Below, piece by piece: positions 51,889 to 64,000 of a stretch of DNA of 64,000 nt. The position numbers and the translations under genes are program-made. Positions within the stretch are counted from its first letter, which is position 1, and every line of letters starts with the position of its first letter. Below the pieces are notes generated by a model. That model was given only the letters and a program-made list of their open reading frames with translations. It had not been told where the DNA came from and searched no databases. Source of the stretch: Chiloscyllium plagiosum (lineage: Eukaryota); contig NC_057718.1 in assembly GCF_004010195.1 (NCBI RefSeq), positions 42,006,444-42,070,443 on the forward strand, in the 5' to 3' direction.

Positions 51889-53004
51889 GAGAAAACACAC
51901 ATGCCTGTATCAGGTGACTGGCAGATTCCAAGTGATACTGTACCAAGAGGCTATGAGATATCATCAGGCTGTACAGAGCTCAGCATAACTCAAACAGTAA
52001 TTTTTTTCTGAACCATTCCCTTGTTCAATATCTCCCTTAAGCTTTGTTTCCTTTAGCTAATCTATTACACAATCCCGTGCATAACTGTATAACATTAACC
52101 AATATCCTACTATCCTATGGTTTCTGACTTCACAAATTCAAACAGTGCACAATATTCCCAAATACATGCATTTTAGATTTAGAAGATTAGCATGCCTTTG
52201 CTTTGTAGAGATTGACCTTCCTTGTAGACATTGTTGGTCCATTATCTCACCTGGAGACCCTTTAATTTTATGATTGTCCATCATGGAGGACAGAGCTGAA
52301 AATGTGTTGCTGGAAAAGCACAGCAGGTCAGGCAGCATCCAAGGAACAGGAGAATCAACGTTTCGGGCATAAGCCCTTCTTCAGCCCGAAACGTCGATTC
52401 TCCTGTTCCTTGGATGCTGCCTGACCTGCTGTGCTTTTCCAGCAACACATTTTCAGCTCTGATCTCCAGCATCTGCAGTCCTCACTTTCTCCTCCCCATG
52501 GAGGACAATTGTACAAGTGAAACAGACACTTCCTTTTTTGTCCTATCCCGGATTTATGAAGAGGGAAATCTGTTTCCAATTGGAAAAGGTAGTCTCGCTT
52601 TTATGGTATCCTGGATTGTTAGAGCAGACAGCTTCTTCTTTGGGATCTTTCCCTGGATATGCCGCTTAACACCCTTGAGATGTTAATGATGCTGACATCT
52701 TCAGTTACCCTTTGTGATTGTTTGAGTTGTGAAATGGACTTTTCCAAATTCTTTTAAATATTTTACCAAATGGTAGCTCAGCTGCAACCCTGTCGCTAGC
52801 ATTGATTGCTTTGTTTTATTAATGTGTTCGGCAGACTGTTACATTATATGGACAACTTCAGTTGAAAGGTGGCAAATGAACTTCAGAAAGAATTATTGCT
52901 TGAGCTATGCTGAGCTCTGTTCAGTCTGATGATATCTCACAGCCTCTTGGTAGAGTATCAGTTGGAATCTGCCAGTCACCTGATACAGACATGTGTGTTT
53001 TCTC
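51889..53004. repeat. Inverted repeat pair of about 124 bp (51889-52012 / 52882-53004)
   Basis: GAGAAAACACACATG.CTGTATCAGGTGACTGGCAGATTCCAA.TGATACT.TACCAAGAGGCT... and its reverse complement. Confidence 0.9.
52293..52496. mobile_element. Fold-back PLE-derived mini-element, family 1
   Basis: Inverted arms. Minus-strand hammerhead at about 52352-52384 (GUU triplet). TSD CATGGAGGACA at 52282-52292 and 52497-52507. Confidence 0.88.
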
Positions 53005-54800
53005 ATTCTTGCTCTCAGTTTTTGATTGCTGTGCCAAACATTGTTGGTGGTTATCATCTGAAAGTCTTTTTGCTGATGATAGGAATGGAGCCATTTCCTG
53101 GGTGAATCTGTGACTTCCTTGCTGTTAAGGATAAGAGATAATTCTCATAGGTATTTTCATCAGGAGTTTTCTTCTATTGATTAAATGGATTTTAGACAAT
53201 AACATAACTGATTCATATATGTTCGACGATTAGTCTTCAAGGGACTATGACTGGTTGGTCAATTGTTTGTTTCTGAAGGAGTGAAGCTATTGAAACTAAT
53301 TCAACTCCAGCTGTGACTTTCAGGATGTTGAGGTCAGGGCATGTCTGCAAGCTTAAAAATAAGTGTTAATTATGAGCTACATACACATTTTCAACCTTCT
53401 TAAGGACATTGGGTTACCAGATTTTCTTGGAGCATACATTTAGCCTTGTTAATTATTCCACCTGCATCATGCAGTTTTACTTGTGTGAGCTGGAAATTGT
53501 TATTCTTCAGCCATGGTACTTGGTCTGTCAGGACAGCCCTTGTCCCTGTATCAAGTAAGATGGCCACTGACATAAATAGGTTCTGTCAAACTTGGTTCAG
53601 ATGGATCATCAATTTCCCTTAAGAATGCCTGAGGTATTCCCTCTAATGAAGGTGCATTTACAAATGAGGAAATTTGATGTCACAGAGGTGTAGAGAGTGG
53701 TTCCACTGTTCTGGAACAGTTTCTGATTTGGGCATGTCCTCTGAAAGTTACATTTTTACAGATTTAACATTCTTCTGTAATAGCTGGACATTGTTTTTAC
53801 TTGTGAGGTGTTCCTGTTCATCAAGGCTGACATTATCACTTCATACATGATGTTTTGTCTTTTGTTTTGGCTTATCAGGAAGCTGATAAGAGTATTTGTA
53901 CCTTATAAAGTTGATCATTTTTGTTGCTTTTCCATGCTGAGGTTCTTCTTGGCCTCTCAGGATTTGTCTATGATTTTCCCTGTCCTCTGCTTCAAGCACA
54001 ATTTGAATAGTTTTCTCCAAAGTTAGATTTTCTTTAGACTGCAACCAACTTGATCAAATCATTCCAACAATGTGCCTCTCAGAATACCAATCGCCATATT
54101 TACAAGTTCCAAGTAATTTGTCGAGGCATTAGTGGCTGCCTCAGTGCCTTTTTCACTGACAAAATAATGCATTTGTGCTCTTTTCACAAAATAAACCACA
54201 TTTTTAAAAAGGTCTCTGAAATGCTTTGCTGTTACTTTTGCAGCAGACTTAACATGTTTCAATTTGTTTCTGATGTCATTGGCTTTAATCTAAATTAGCT
54301 ATGTTGCTGTTGTAAATTTTTCAGCATTTGTGACTGCAGCAATGCACTTTTTATTTTCCCAGCCTCCCACCTTGGGCTATGCATTGTTCAGCTCAGTTTT
54401 CTACTCTTTTCCCTAAGGAATTTGACTTACTACTGGAATCCCCACTGTCTGTTCACTCTCTGGTTGAACTTCGACTCAGGTCCACTCTCTTCTGCCCAAG
54501 TGTAACTGTCTACATCTCACACTGGCTACACTGCTTTCATCCCCAGGACTGGCTTCCTTGTAGCCTTGGAGGACATTTTGCTTATGTTTTCTCCTGTTAC
54601 AACTCCATGAACCTGTGTTGACTGACATCAGTTTAAAGGCTTTTAACTGCTGATCAAGTTGGTGAGCCTTTCTTAAAATGGCAATGCTCCCAAACTGGTG
54701 CTCCACTTCTCTGCAAAATGTTTCCTCTTTTTTTTTCCCTTCAGGTTGCTCTGTGTTTTTTTCACTGTTGGCCTCATATGGACTTTAAACAAAAGTGCAC
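52510..54800 (-). mobile_element. Decayed Gypsy internal region (gag, protease)
   Basis: KENLTLEKTIQIVLEAE (gag); CPAITEEC*ICK zinc-knuckle trace at about 53730-53800; ILLDTG protease motif at about 53545-53562. Confidence 0.65.
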
Positions 54801-55369
54801 TCAGCACCAGTATTTGGTATTCAGCAATGATGTACACCACTGATAGCATGAGGTATTCCAGTGTGATACCAAACACTGGTGGCTTGTGTTTAGGGCAGGA
54901 GTACTGTCACCAACCCTCCTTCCTATACAACAGTAAGGGGCTGTGCAGTGGCAGAAGATATATCACAAATATGTCTCAGGTGAAGGATATATCTCATCTC
55001 TGATAAAAGATGTAGTTTATTACATCAGTGTAGTTATACATCATATCAACCATTGCAAGTAAGTAGTAAAAAATACACTTGTGTCTCAGTAAGGAGAATA
55101 AGCAAGGTTCCAGCTGATTTTCTACCCAGAAATTGAGTGATAGCATCATATTGGGGGAGCCTAGATTAGCTGAAACATTAGCTCTTTCAGAATCATTACC
55201 CTACACAACACTACCAGCCTTCCGAGTTCAAACAGAATGCATTCTAATGGAATTGCAAACTCTCCAGACCACTTGAATTTGTTAAGTCAAAGTCTAGGAG
55301 GGAGATGTGTGGTAAATATAATTATAAATGCATAAATGTATGCATACTAATAGTAGGAAAAAAATTGGC

Positions 55370-57830
55370 ACAATTTTTCATATTCATTCATGGAGTCTAG
55401 CTAGGCCAACATGTAATGCCCACCCCTTGGCAAAGATGGTGGTGAGCTCTAAGTGTGTAGGGACACTTACATTGCTGTTAGGAAGGGCGATCTATGATTT
55501 TGACCCAGCGACAGTGAACTAACAACAAGCTATTCTTGTAGCCACAATATTCAAATGGCTGGTCTCAAACAACCAAATATGTACAGTATGTACATGGAAC
55601 AAGCCTTGTGCACTACACAATGTTGAAGAATCATTTTACTGTCTGTTCCCCTTTTCCTACAAGGCCTCCTTCTCACAAAGTCACCCTTGTTTCCAGAGAG
55701 GATCCATTTGTTTCAGCTGGCCTGCCCCACTGTCGCCTGCTGCTGGAGGTTCTGATGCAACTGTTCAAGCTCGCCTGTTAACCATTCTCCTTCACCATCA
55801 CTGTTGTTGCTGGATGTTCCATTACATCATTAAACATCAAAAAGTGATAGTTAGATTCTCTCTTATTGGAGATGATCACTGCCAGGCACTTGTGTCATGA
55901 ATGTCACTTGCCACTTATCAGTAGCCCAAATCTCAATATTATCAAGGCCTTGCTACATAAGGACATGGATTGCTTTTGTATCTGAAAAGTCCATGAATGT
56001 TGCAGAACATTGTGCAAAATTAATTAATATACCCACTTTTGACCTGATGATGGAAGGAAGCAGCCTAGGACACAAACCTAAGGGTCTCCTGCAGAGATGT
56101 ACTAGAGTGGAGATAATGACCTCCAATAATGACAACCATTTTCCCTTTGTTCTGGATATGACCACAAACAGTGGAAACTTCTCTCCTTGATTTGCATGGT
56201 TTCTAGTTTTGCTAGCACTCCTTGATGCCATTCTCAATCGAATGCTTCTTTAATGTCAATGACAGTCACTGTCATCTCACCTCTGCAATTCAGTTCTTCT
56301 GTCCATGTTTGAACAAAGCTTATAAAAAATATCAGAAGCTGAGTGGCCCTCATAAAACCCAATCCGTGAGCAGATTATGCAAACACTGCTTGATAGCATT
56401 GTCAAAGACCTCTATCATTTTGCAGATGACCAAGAATAAACTGATATGATGGTAATTGGCTGGGCTGGATTTGTCCTACATTTTGTGCACAGGGCATACC
56501 TGGGCAATTTTCCACATTGTTGGGTAAATGCAGTGTTGTAATTGCACTGAAACTTAACTAGAGACATGACTAATTCCAGAGAACAAGTCTTCACTACAAT
56601 TGCAGAAATATTGTCAGAGCCCTTGAGCAGTTTCTTAATATCACTTGCAGTAAATTGAATTGGCTCAAGCTGGCAAATGTACTGTTGGTGCCCTGAGGAG
56701 GAGACCAATGTGGATTTTCCATTCTTCAGTTTTAACGAAATATTGTGGCAAATGCTTCAACCTTGTCTTTTGCACTGAATCCTGAGTGCTGCCATCATTG
56801 AGGATGGAATTATTTGCAGAGCCTCCTCCTCTAGCAAGTTTTAAAAAAATATCCTCGATTCATGACTGAATTTTCTGAGACTGCAGAATTTAGAGCTTAC
56901 CAGATGAATAAGCTTTCATTTAACTTTTGTCTATTGCATGTTATCTGACATATAAGTACGCGTGTGATATCGCCTCATCAGGTGAAAACGTTCATGCCCT
57001 CCTGAACTCTTTATTGAACCAGAGTTGATCTGCCAGCTTGAAGGTAAAGGTAAAATGGGGTAATATACTCGGCTGATTGTGGCTGAACACAACTCTGCCA
57101 CTGCTGATGGCCCACAGTGCCTCACTGCTGCTCAGTTTTGAATTATTACAGTCTGTTTGAAATCTGTCCCGTTTTGCACATTGATAGTACCACACAACAT
57201 GACGGGAGGTATTGTCAAGGCGAAGACAAGATTTCATCTACACAATGACTGACAATGTCATGGACAAATGCAGTTGCAGTAAGGAGACTGGTTACAATAA
57301 TGTCAAGCAAATTTTTCCCTCTTGTTACAGAGCCAGTCCTGCAGCTACTGACTTTGCCGTGTTTGGTTAATAGTGATGCTTCTGAGCCATTCCTAGTGAT
57401 GGACATTGAAATCCCCCATTGTTCTGTGTCCTTGCCACTGACAGTGCTTTCTCCAAGTGTGAAGTTCAACCTGGGGAAATGCTGCTTAATTAGCTGAGGG
57501 GTGCAGTGGGAGATCATCAGCGGGAGGTTTCCATGCCTACATTTAACTTGAAACCATGTGATTCCATGAGATCCAGAGCCAACGTTGAGGAAACCCAGGG
57601 CAACACCTTCCCTCCTATATAATCACTGTGCTGCCCCCTGTGCTGAGTCTGTCTTGTCAGTGAGACAAGACATATCCACGGATAGTGATGGTGGTGTCAA
57701 GGACATGCTAAGATATGATTCCAAGAACATGACAATCTCAAGCTGATGCTATGTCAGAACTTTATGGGGTGGATAGGGTTGGGTTTGTCGTGGTCATTGC
57801 TGGATGGTCAGTCTGTTTTATTTCTTTGTT
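55370..57830 (-). mobile_element. CR1/L2-group LINE (APE + RT), decayed
   Basis: GKNLLDIIVTSL..A.VHD (APE C-terminus); IQFTASDIKKLLK..DNISAIVVKTCSLEL; a WKIAQVCPVHK...SSPANY-like segment. The 3' tail is shared with 2092 and 58680. Confidence 0.8.
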
Positions 57831-57839
57831 TAAACATTA

Positions 57840-58148
57840 TGGTGGCTTGATACAATTTAGTGGTTTGCTCGGCCATTACAGAGGCCAATTAACAGTCAAC
57901 GACATTGCTGTGAATCTGGAGTTACGTGTAGACTAGGTAAGATCAGGATGGCACATTTCCTTCCCCAAAGGACATTTGTGAAACAGGTCAATGGCCACAA
58001 TCATCGTTATACTAGTTTATTTCTTTTAAGTTTCCAGATTTTAATGAATTCAGATTTAACAACCTGTTGAGGTGATTCAAATCCACATTCTCAGACATTA
58101 GCCTGTGGCTTTGGAATTACTAGTTCCGTGACATTACCGCCAGGCTAC
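57840..58148 (-). mobile_element. tRNA-headed SINE-like segment abutting the LINE 5' end
   Basis: Minus strand reads GTAGCCTGGCGGTAATGTCACGGAACTAGTAAT...GGATTTGAATC, then GTCCTTTGGGGAAGGAAATGTGCCATCC...TAACTCCAGATTCACAGCAATGT. Confidence 0.6.
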
Positions 58149-58639
58149 TGCATTCCTTTATTGATGTTGCATAATATGTGGTTGTATCAGGGTGTAAATG
58201 TCTGAAAGCATTAATGCTGAGGAGTGCATTAAGCACTGCCTAAATGAAAATGCCATATGAACTGGAGTGGCATTACAGCTTATGACTTCAAATGAGTTTG
58301 ATCTGATGCCTGTTTAAGATAAGAGCTTTTTATCATTGTTTTCCTCAACCACAATAAACCAAGGAGTTTGTAAAAAAGATAAGCAGGAGCTAGAACAAAC
58401 TGTTGGTTCCAGTCATCCTATCTCCAACTGGATCCCTGTACAGGTGCATAACACGGGCTGAAGAGCTTGTTCTCATTGTCATACATATAGGTGATCGTAT
58501 ATATGTGACTACATGGAGACTAAGTTGAGTCTACAACACAGATTCTACTGTCAGCAATATCAAAGCCAGCCTCCTCCTCTCAGCGTTTTCTGTCACCTTG
58601 CACCTATACTGCAATTACTGCCCTGAGGAACTCCCTTCC

Positions 58640-58780
58640 TAACAACACTGGAGTATCCCTATGTGCCAAGGACTGCAATAGTTCAAGAAGACAACTCACC
58701 ACCATCTCCAACAGGGCAGTTAGGGTTGGGCAAAAAAGGCTGGCTGAGCCACCAACTCCCACATCCATGGATGAATAAAG
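58640..58780 (+). mobile_element. 3' tail fragment of the CR1/L2-group family
   Basis: GTTCAAGAAGACAACTCACCACCATCT...AGGGCAGTTAGGGTTGGGCAA...CCCACATCCATGGATGAATAAA. Confidence 0.7.
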
Positions 58781-59463
58781 CAAAGAAATATTTTCATACC
58801 AATGGTTGGAGAATCTCTGGAACAGCGTAGACTGGATTTTTCAGGCTGGGACCCCACTGGATCTCTGATGCAGCAGGCTCCATGTGAATTGAATTTTCCA
58901 ATAAGTACTTTCCTCTGTCTGGAATTCTTCATTAGAATTCATATAAGTCAGATATTTCAGTGGGTGTACTGACACACTTTAGCTCAAAAGTCACCCAGGA
59001 AAAGTTAGATGATTAAAAACCAACTAAAACTCCAGGGTAACTATTACATTAAACCCTCAACTCACCATGCATCCACCCAACCACATCCCCCCCGAACCCT
59101 GACACCTACTGAAGTAACACCACTCCTCCAGCCTTGCCTGGCCTTGCTGCAACTGACACCCTTCTCAACCCCATACCTACTGTGCCTGGACTGATCTTGT
59201 TGGATATCCACATCCTCACCCACACCCACACTGATCCAACCCAACCCAACACACGTACTGACCCTAAACACCCACCTGACACCTTACCCACCTCCCAACC
59301 TGGCACCCTACCCCTTCTCACCCACTGAGCACATTAACCCCCTTAGCTACACACCTGGCACACAACCTCCACATCTCCTATACATTTCTATTTCCTCAAC
59401 CACTGTGGGACCTTTAACATCTGAAACAGAGCAACAAATGGACTGAAATCTACAGAGTAGTTT

Positions 59464-62400
59464 TAGAACATAGAACAGTACAGCACAGAACAGGCCCTTC
59501 AGCCCACGATGAAGTGCTGACCATTGATCCTCATGTCAGGTAAACCTAATGTACGAACCCTCAAATTTCTGTGACCATATGCATGTCCAGCAGCGTCTTA
59601 AATATCCCCAATGACCTCGCTTCCACAACTGCTGCTGGCAACGCATTCCATGCTCTCACAACTCTCTGCGTAAAGAACCCGCCTCTGACATCCCCTCTAT
59701 ACTTTCCGCCAAACTGCTTAAAACTATGACCCCTCGTGTTAACAATTTCTGCCCTGGGAAAAAGTATCTGGCTATCAACTCTATCTATGCCTCTCATTAT
59801 CTTGTATACCTCAATTAGGTCGCCTCTCTTCCTTCTTTTTTCCAATGAAAAAGGTCCGAGCTCAGTCAACCTCTCTTTGTAAGATAAGCCCTCCATTCCA
59901 GGCAGCATCCTGGTAAACCTCCTCTGAACCGTCTCCAAAGCATCCATATCTTTCCTATAATAGGGCGACCAGAACTGGACAAAGTATTCCAGTCTAACCA
60001 AAGTTTTATAGAGCTGCAACAAGATCTCATGGCTCTTAAACTCAATCCCCCTGTTAATGAAAGCCAAAACACCATATGCTTTCTTAACAACCCTGTCCAC
60101 TTGGGTGGCAATTTTAAGGGATCTATGTTCCTGCACATCAAGATCCCGCTGTTCCTCCACACTGCCAAGAATCCTGTCTTTACTCCTGTACTCAACTTTC
60201 AAGTTCGGCCTTCCAAAATGCATCGCTTTGCATTTATCCAGGTTGAACTCCATCTGGCACCCCTCAGCCCATCTCTGCATCCTNNNNNNNNNNNNNNNNN
60301 NNNNNNNNNNNNNNNNNNNNNNNNNNNNNNNNNNNNNNNNNNNNNNNNNNNNNNNNNNNNNNNNNNNNNNNNNNNNNNNNNNNNNNNNNNNNNNNNNNNN
60401 NNNNNNNNNNNNNNNNNNNNNNNNNNNNNNNNNNNNNNNNNNNNNNNNNNNNNNNNNNNNNNNNNNNNNNNNNNNNNNNNNNNNNNNNNNNNNNNNNNNN
60501 NNNNNNNNNNNNNNNNNNNNNNNNNNNNNNNNNNNNNNNNNNNNNNNNNNNNNNNNNNNNNNNNNNNNNNNNNNNNNNNNNNNNNNNNNNNNNNNNNNNN
60601 NNNNNNNNNNNNNNNNNNNNNNNNNNNNNNNNNNNNNNNNNNNNNNNNNNNNNNNNNNNNNNNNNNNNNNNNNNNNNNNNNNNNNNNNNNNNNNNNNNNN
60701 NNNNNNNNNNNNNNNNNNNNNNNNNNNNNNNNNNNNNNNNNNNNNNNNNNNNNNNNNNACAAGGTCCTTTTCTTTAGTAAAGACAGAAGCAAAAAACTCA
60801 TTTAGGGCTTCCCCTACCTCCTCAGACTCTATACACAAGTTCCCTATGCTATCCCTGATCGGCCCTACTCGTTCTTTGATCATTCTTTTATTCCTCACAT
60901 ACGTGTAAAATGTCTTTGGATTCTCCCTAATCCTTCCTACCAAGCCTTTTTCGTGCCCCCTCCTGGCTCTCCTCAAACCATTTTTGAGCTCCTTCTTCAC
61001 CTATCTGTAATCCTCTAGAGCTGAGCAAGACCCTTGCTTCCTCCACCCTACGTAAGCTGCCTTCTTCCTTTTGACGAGAAGCTCATCTGCTCTCATCATC
61101 CAAGGTTCCTTTATCTTACCCTTTCTTCCTGTCTCAGACGAACACATTTAGGCATCACTCGCAACAACTGTTCCTTAAAAAGTCTCCACATGTCTATAGT
61201 GCCCTTTAAAAACACTTTAAATAGATGCGTTTCCACTCAATATAAATTGGAAAATATTACTCATGTATCTGACACATCGAATGGGAATGGGAAACAAACC
61301 CATTGCAGATGGTCGAGAAAGATTGGCGGGACATATAGAGAGAGCAATTGCTCCCAGTCCATGCTTCCCAACTCACGTCTGATAGCATCATAGTTTCCTT
61401 TTCCCCAATTAAATATCCTCCCATTGTGCCTGCTTCTCTCCTTCTCCATAGATATGTAGAATGTGAGGCAGTTGTGGTCACTATCACCAAAATGCTCTCC
61501 CACTGCTAGATCTGACACCTGCCCCGCTTCATTGCCGAGCACCAAATCCAAAATGGCCTCTCCCCTCGTCGGCCTGTCAACATACTGAGTTAGGAAACCG
61601 TCCTGAACACACCTTACAAAAATAGCTCCTTCCAAACCACCTGCCCGAAGGAGGTTCCAATCAATACTGGGAAAGTTAAAGTCACCCATTACAACAACCC
61701 TACTACATTCACACTTTTCCAAAATCTGCCGACCTATGCTTTCTTTAATCTCCCTGCTGCTATTGGGGGGCCTGTAGTAAACCCCTAATGAGGTGACTGC
61801 TCCCTTGCTGTTCCTAATTTACACCCATANNNNNNNNNNNNNNTCCCTATTCTTTTTAAATGTTCTAAACCCTGGAACATCCAGCAACCCTGAGAAACCC
61901 ACGTCTCTGTTATGGCCACAACATCATAGCACCAGGTACTGATCCATGCTCTAAGCTCATCACTTATTCCTGATACTCCTTGCATTAAAGCAAACACACT
62001 TTAACTGATCCCTTGGTTCTTTCCCAGGAAATTCCTTCCCACTGGCTGCGCTACCTCTTGCTATTGCCTCATCTCCATCGACTCTCACCACCGGTATATA
62101 GCTCAGGTTCCCACCCCCCTGCCACACTAGTTTAAACCCTCCTGAACCACTCGAGCAGACCTTCCACCCAGGACATTGGTCCCCTTCCAGTTCAGGTGCA
62201 ACCCGTCCTTCATGTACAGGTCCCACCTACCCCAGAAGGCATCCCAATTATCTACATATCTGAAGCCCTCCCTCCTACACCAGCTGCGCAGCCACGTGTT
62301 ACCCAGCTGCACCCACTCCCTGTTCCTCGCCTCGCTATCTCGTGGCACCGGTAGTAAACCCGAGAACACTACTCTGTTCGTCCTGCTCTGCAGCTTCCAC

Positions 62401-62950
62401 CCTAACTCCTTGAAATCACTTCTTATATCCTCAATCCTTTTCCTGGCTATATCATTGGTGCCAATATGTAACACGATTTCTGGCTGTTCACCCTCCCCTT
62501 TCAGAATCTTATACACCCGATCGGAGACGTCCAGGACCCTGGCACCAGGGAGGCAACATACCTTCCGGGAATCCCGATCCTGACCACAAAATCTCCGACT
62601 GATTCTCCTAACAATCGAGTCTCCTACCACTAGCGCTTTTCTATTCTGCCCCCTTCCCTTCTGGGCCACAGTGTCGGGCTCAGTGCCAGAGAACTGACCA
62701 CTATGGCTTTCCTCTGGTAGGTCATCCCCTCCCAGCAGTATCCAAGACGATATACTTATTGCTGAGGGGAATGTCCACAAGGGATCTCTGCACTGTCTGT
62801 CTGTCCCCTTTCCTTCCCCTAACTGTAACCCATCTATCCTTTTCCTGAGCCTCAGGAGTGACCAACTGCCGATAACTTCTCTCAATTACCCCCTCAGCCT
62901 CCCGAATGATCTGCAGTTCACCCAGCTCCAGCTCCAATTCCCTGGCTTGC
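59464..62950 (-). mobile_element. Young, near full-length CR1 LINE (ORF1 esterase, ORF2 APE-RT), with assembly gaps
   Basis: Long ORFs 59561-61000, 61261-61722 (VVMGDFNFP...LDLVLGN..SDH) and 62127-62885. (TTCTATG)-type 3' microsatellite tail. N gaps at 60284-60758 and 61830-61843. Confidence 0.95.
62127..62885 (-). pseudogene. CR1 ORF1 SGNH/GDSL esterase domain
   Basis: VVGDSIVR (block I), LPGA, HIGTNDI (block III), DGLHLN (block V). Frameshifted relative to the upstream coiled coil (ELELELGELQIIREAE). Confidence 0.9.
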
Positions 62951-63151
62951 TCCAATGGATATATTTAGGACAGGCGAGACCAGAACCTTAGCCTGAAAAA
63001 TCACTGACAGCTAAATGGATAACTTTTGAATCTGTTCTCATAGTAATTGGAATATCTGGGACAACATTCATCAGAACCTTCACTTCTCCAGGCTATCAAT
63101 CGAGAGTCTACGTCACCTGCCATGGATTCTGTTTCCTGCCCATATTGTTTT

Positions 63152-64000
63152 TAGAGTCGTAGAGTCATAGAGATGTACAACATGGAAACAGACTCTTCGG
63201 GCCAACCTGTCCATGCCGACCAGATGTCCCAACCCAATCTGGTCCCACCTGCCAGGATATGGAGGGCCCATATCCCTCCAAACCCTTTCTATTCATATGC
63301 CCATTCAGATGCCTTTTAAATGTTGCAATTGTACCAGCCTCCACCACTTCCTCTGGCAACTCATTCCATACATGTACCACTCTCTGTGTGAAAGTGTTGC
63401 CCCTTAGGTCTCTTTTATATCTTTCCCCTCTGACCCTAAACCTACGCCCTCTAGTTCTGGATTCCCCAACCCCAGAGAAAAGGCTTTGTCTATTTATCCT
63501 ATCCATGCCCCTCATGATTTTGTAAACCTCTATAAGGTCATCCCTCAGGCTCCGATGCTTCAGGGAAAAAAACCCTAGCCTGTTCAGCCTCTCCCTATAG
63601 CCCAAATCCTCCAACCCTGGCAACATCCTTGTAAATCTTTTCTGAACCATTTCAAATTACACCACATCTTTCCGATAGGATGGAGACCAGAATTGCACAC
63701 AATATTCCAACAGTGGCCTAACCAATGTCCTGTACAGCCGCAACATGACCTCCCAACACCTGTACGCAATACTCTGACCAATAAAAGAAAGCAGACCAAA
63801 TGCCTTCTTCACCATCCTATCTACCTGCCACTCCACTTTCAAGGAACTATGAACCTGCACTCCAAGGTCTCTCTGTTCAGCAACACACCCTCGGACCTTA
63901 CCATTTCATGTATAAGTCCTGCTAAGATTTGCTTTCCCAAAGTGCAGCACCTCACATTTATCTGAATTAAACTCCATCTGCCACCTCTCAGTCCATTGGC
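63152..64000 (-). mobile_element. CR1 LINE 3' part, running off the window end
   Basis: LYRTLVRPLLEYCVQFWSPSYRKD; VQKRFTRMLPGL...DLIEVYKIMRG...FTQRVVHVWNELP. Confidence 0.95.

Noticed and set aside
59075..59390. C/A-rich low-complexity tract with Pro/Thr-rich ORFs; also C-runs at 1470-1497 and 40333-40363
   Set aside because: Compositional bias only. G-quadruplex potential on the minus strand is possible but unsupported.
59561..61000. 479-aa ORF and the overlapping 200-283 aa ORFs
   Set aside because: Their length is inflated by the N gap at 60284-60758. The real sequence is CR1 ORF2 or its antisense.

Overview
Vertebrate, AT-rich, CpG-poor, non-genic DNA (intergenic or deep intron), almost certainly from a shark or other elasmobranch. 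That assignment is an inference from six copies of an HE1-like tRNA-derived SINE with a (TAATC)n tail and a SacSINE1/DeuSINE-like copy. I found no convincing host protein-coding gene. All recognisable coding remnants belong to transposons: many CR1 LINE copies (one young and near full length, with an SGNH-esterase ORF1, but interrupted by two N gaps), a second CR1/L2-group LINE family, two Penelope-like elements (PLEs), two decayed Gypsy LTR retrotransposons, solo LTRs, and Harbinger transposase remnants. The most interesting signal is a family of short (about 100-230 bp) non-coding PLE-derived insertions that carry minimal type I hammerhead ribozymes (CUGAnGA-stem II-GAAA-CG-UC). Several are fold-back hairpins, and one encodes a hammerhead on both strands. 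Five copies are flanked by 11-15 bp target-site duplications, and four of those five reconstructed empty sites are palindromic. Other notable items are a PLE whose middle is replaced by unrelated genomic DNA, a TGACAG (TALE/Meis) motif cluster that may be an enhancer, and several local duplications and inversions. Family names come from recalled motifs, not database searches, and boundaries of old elements are approximate.
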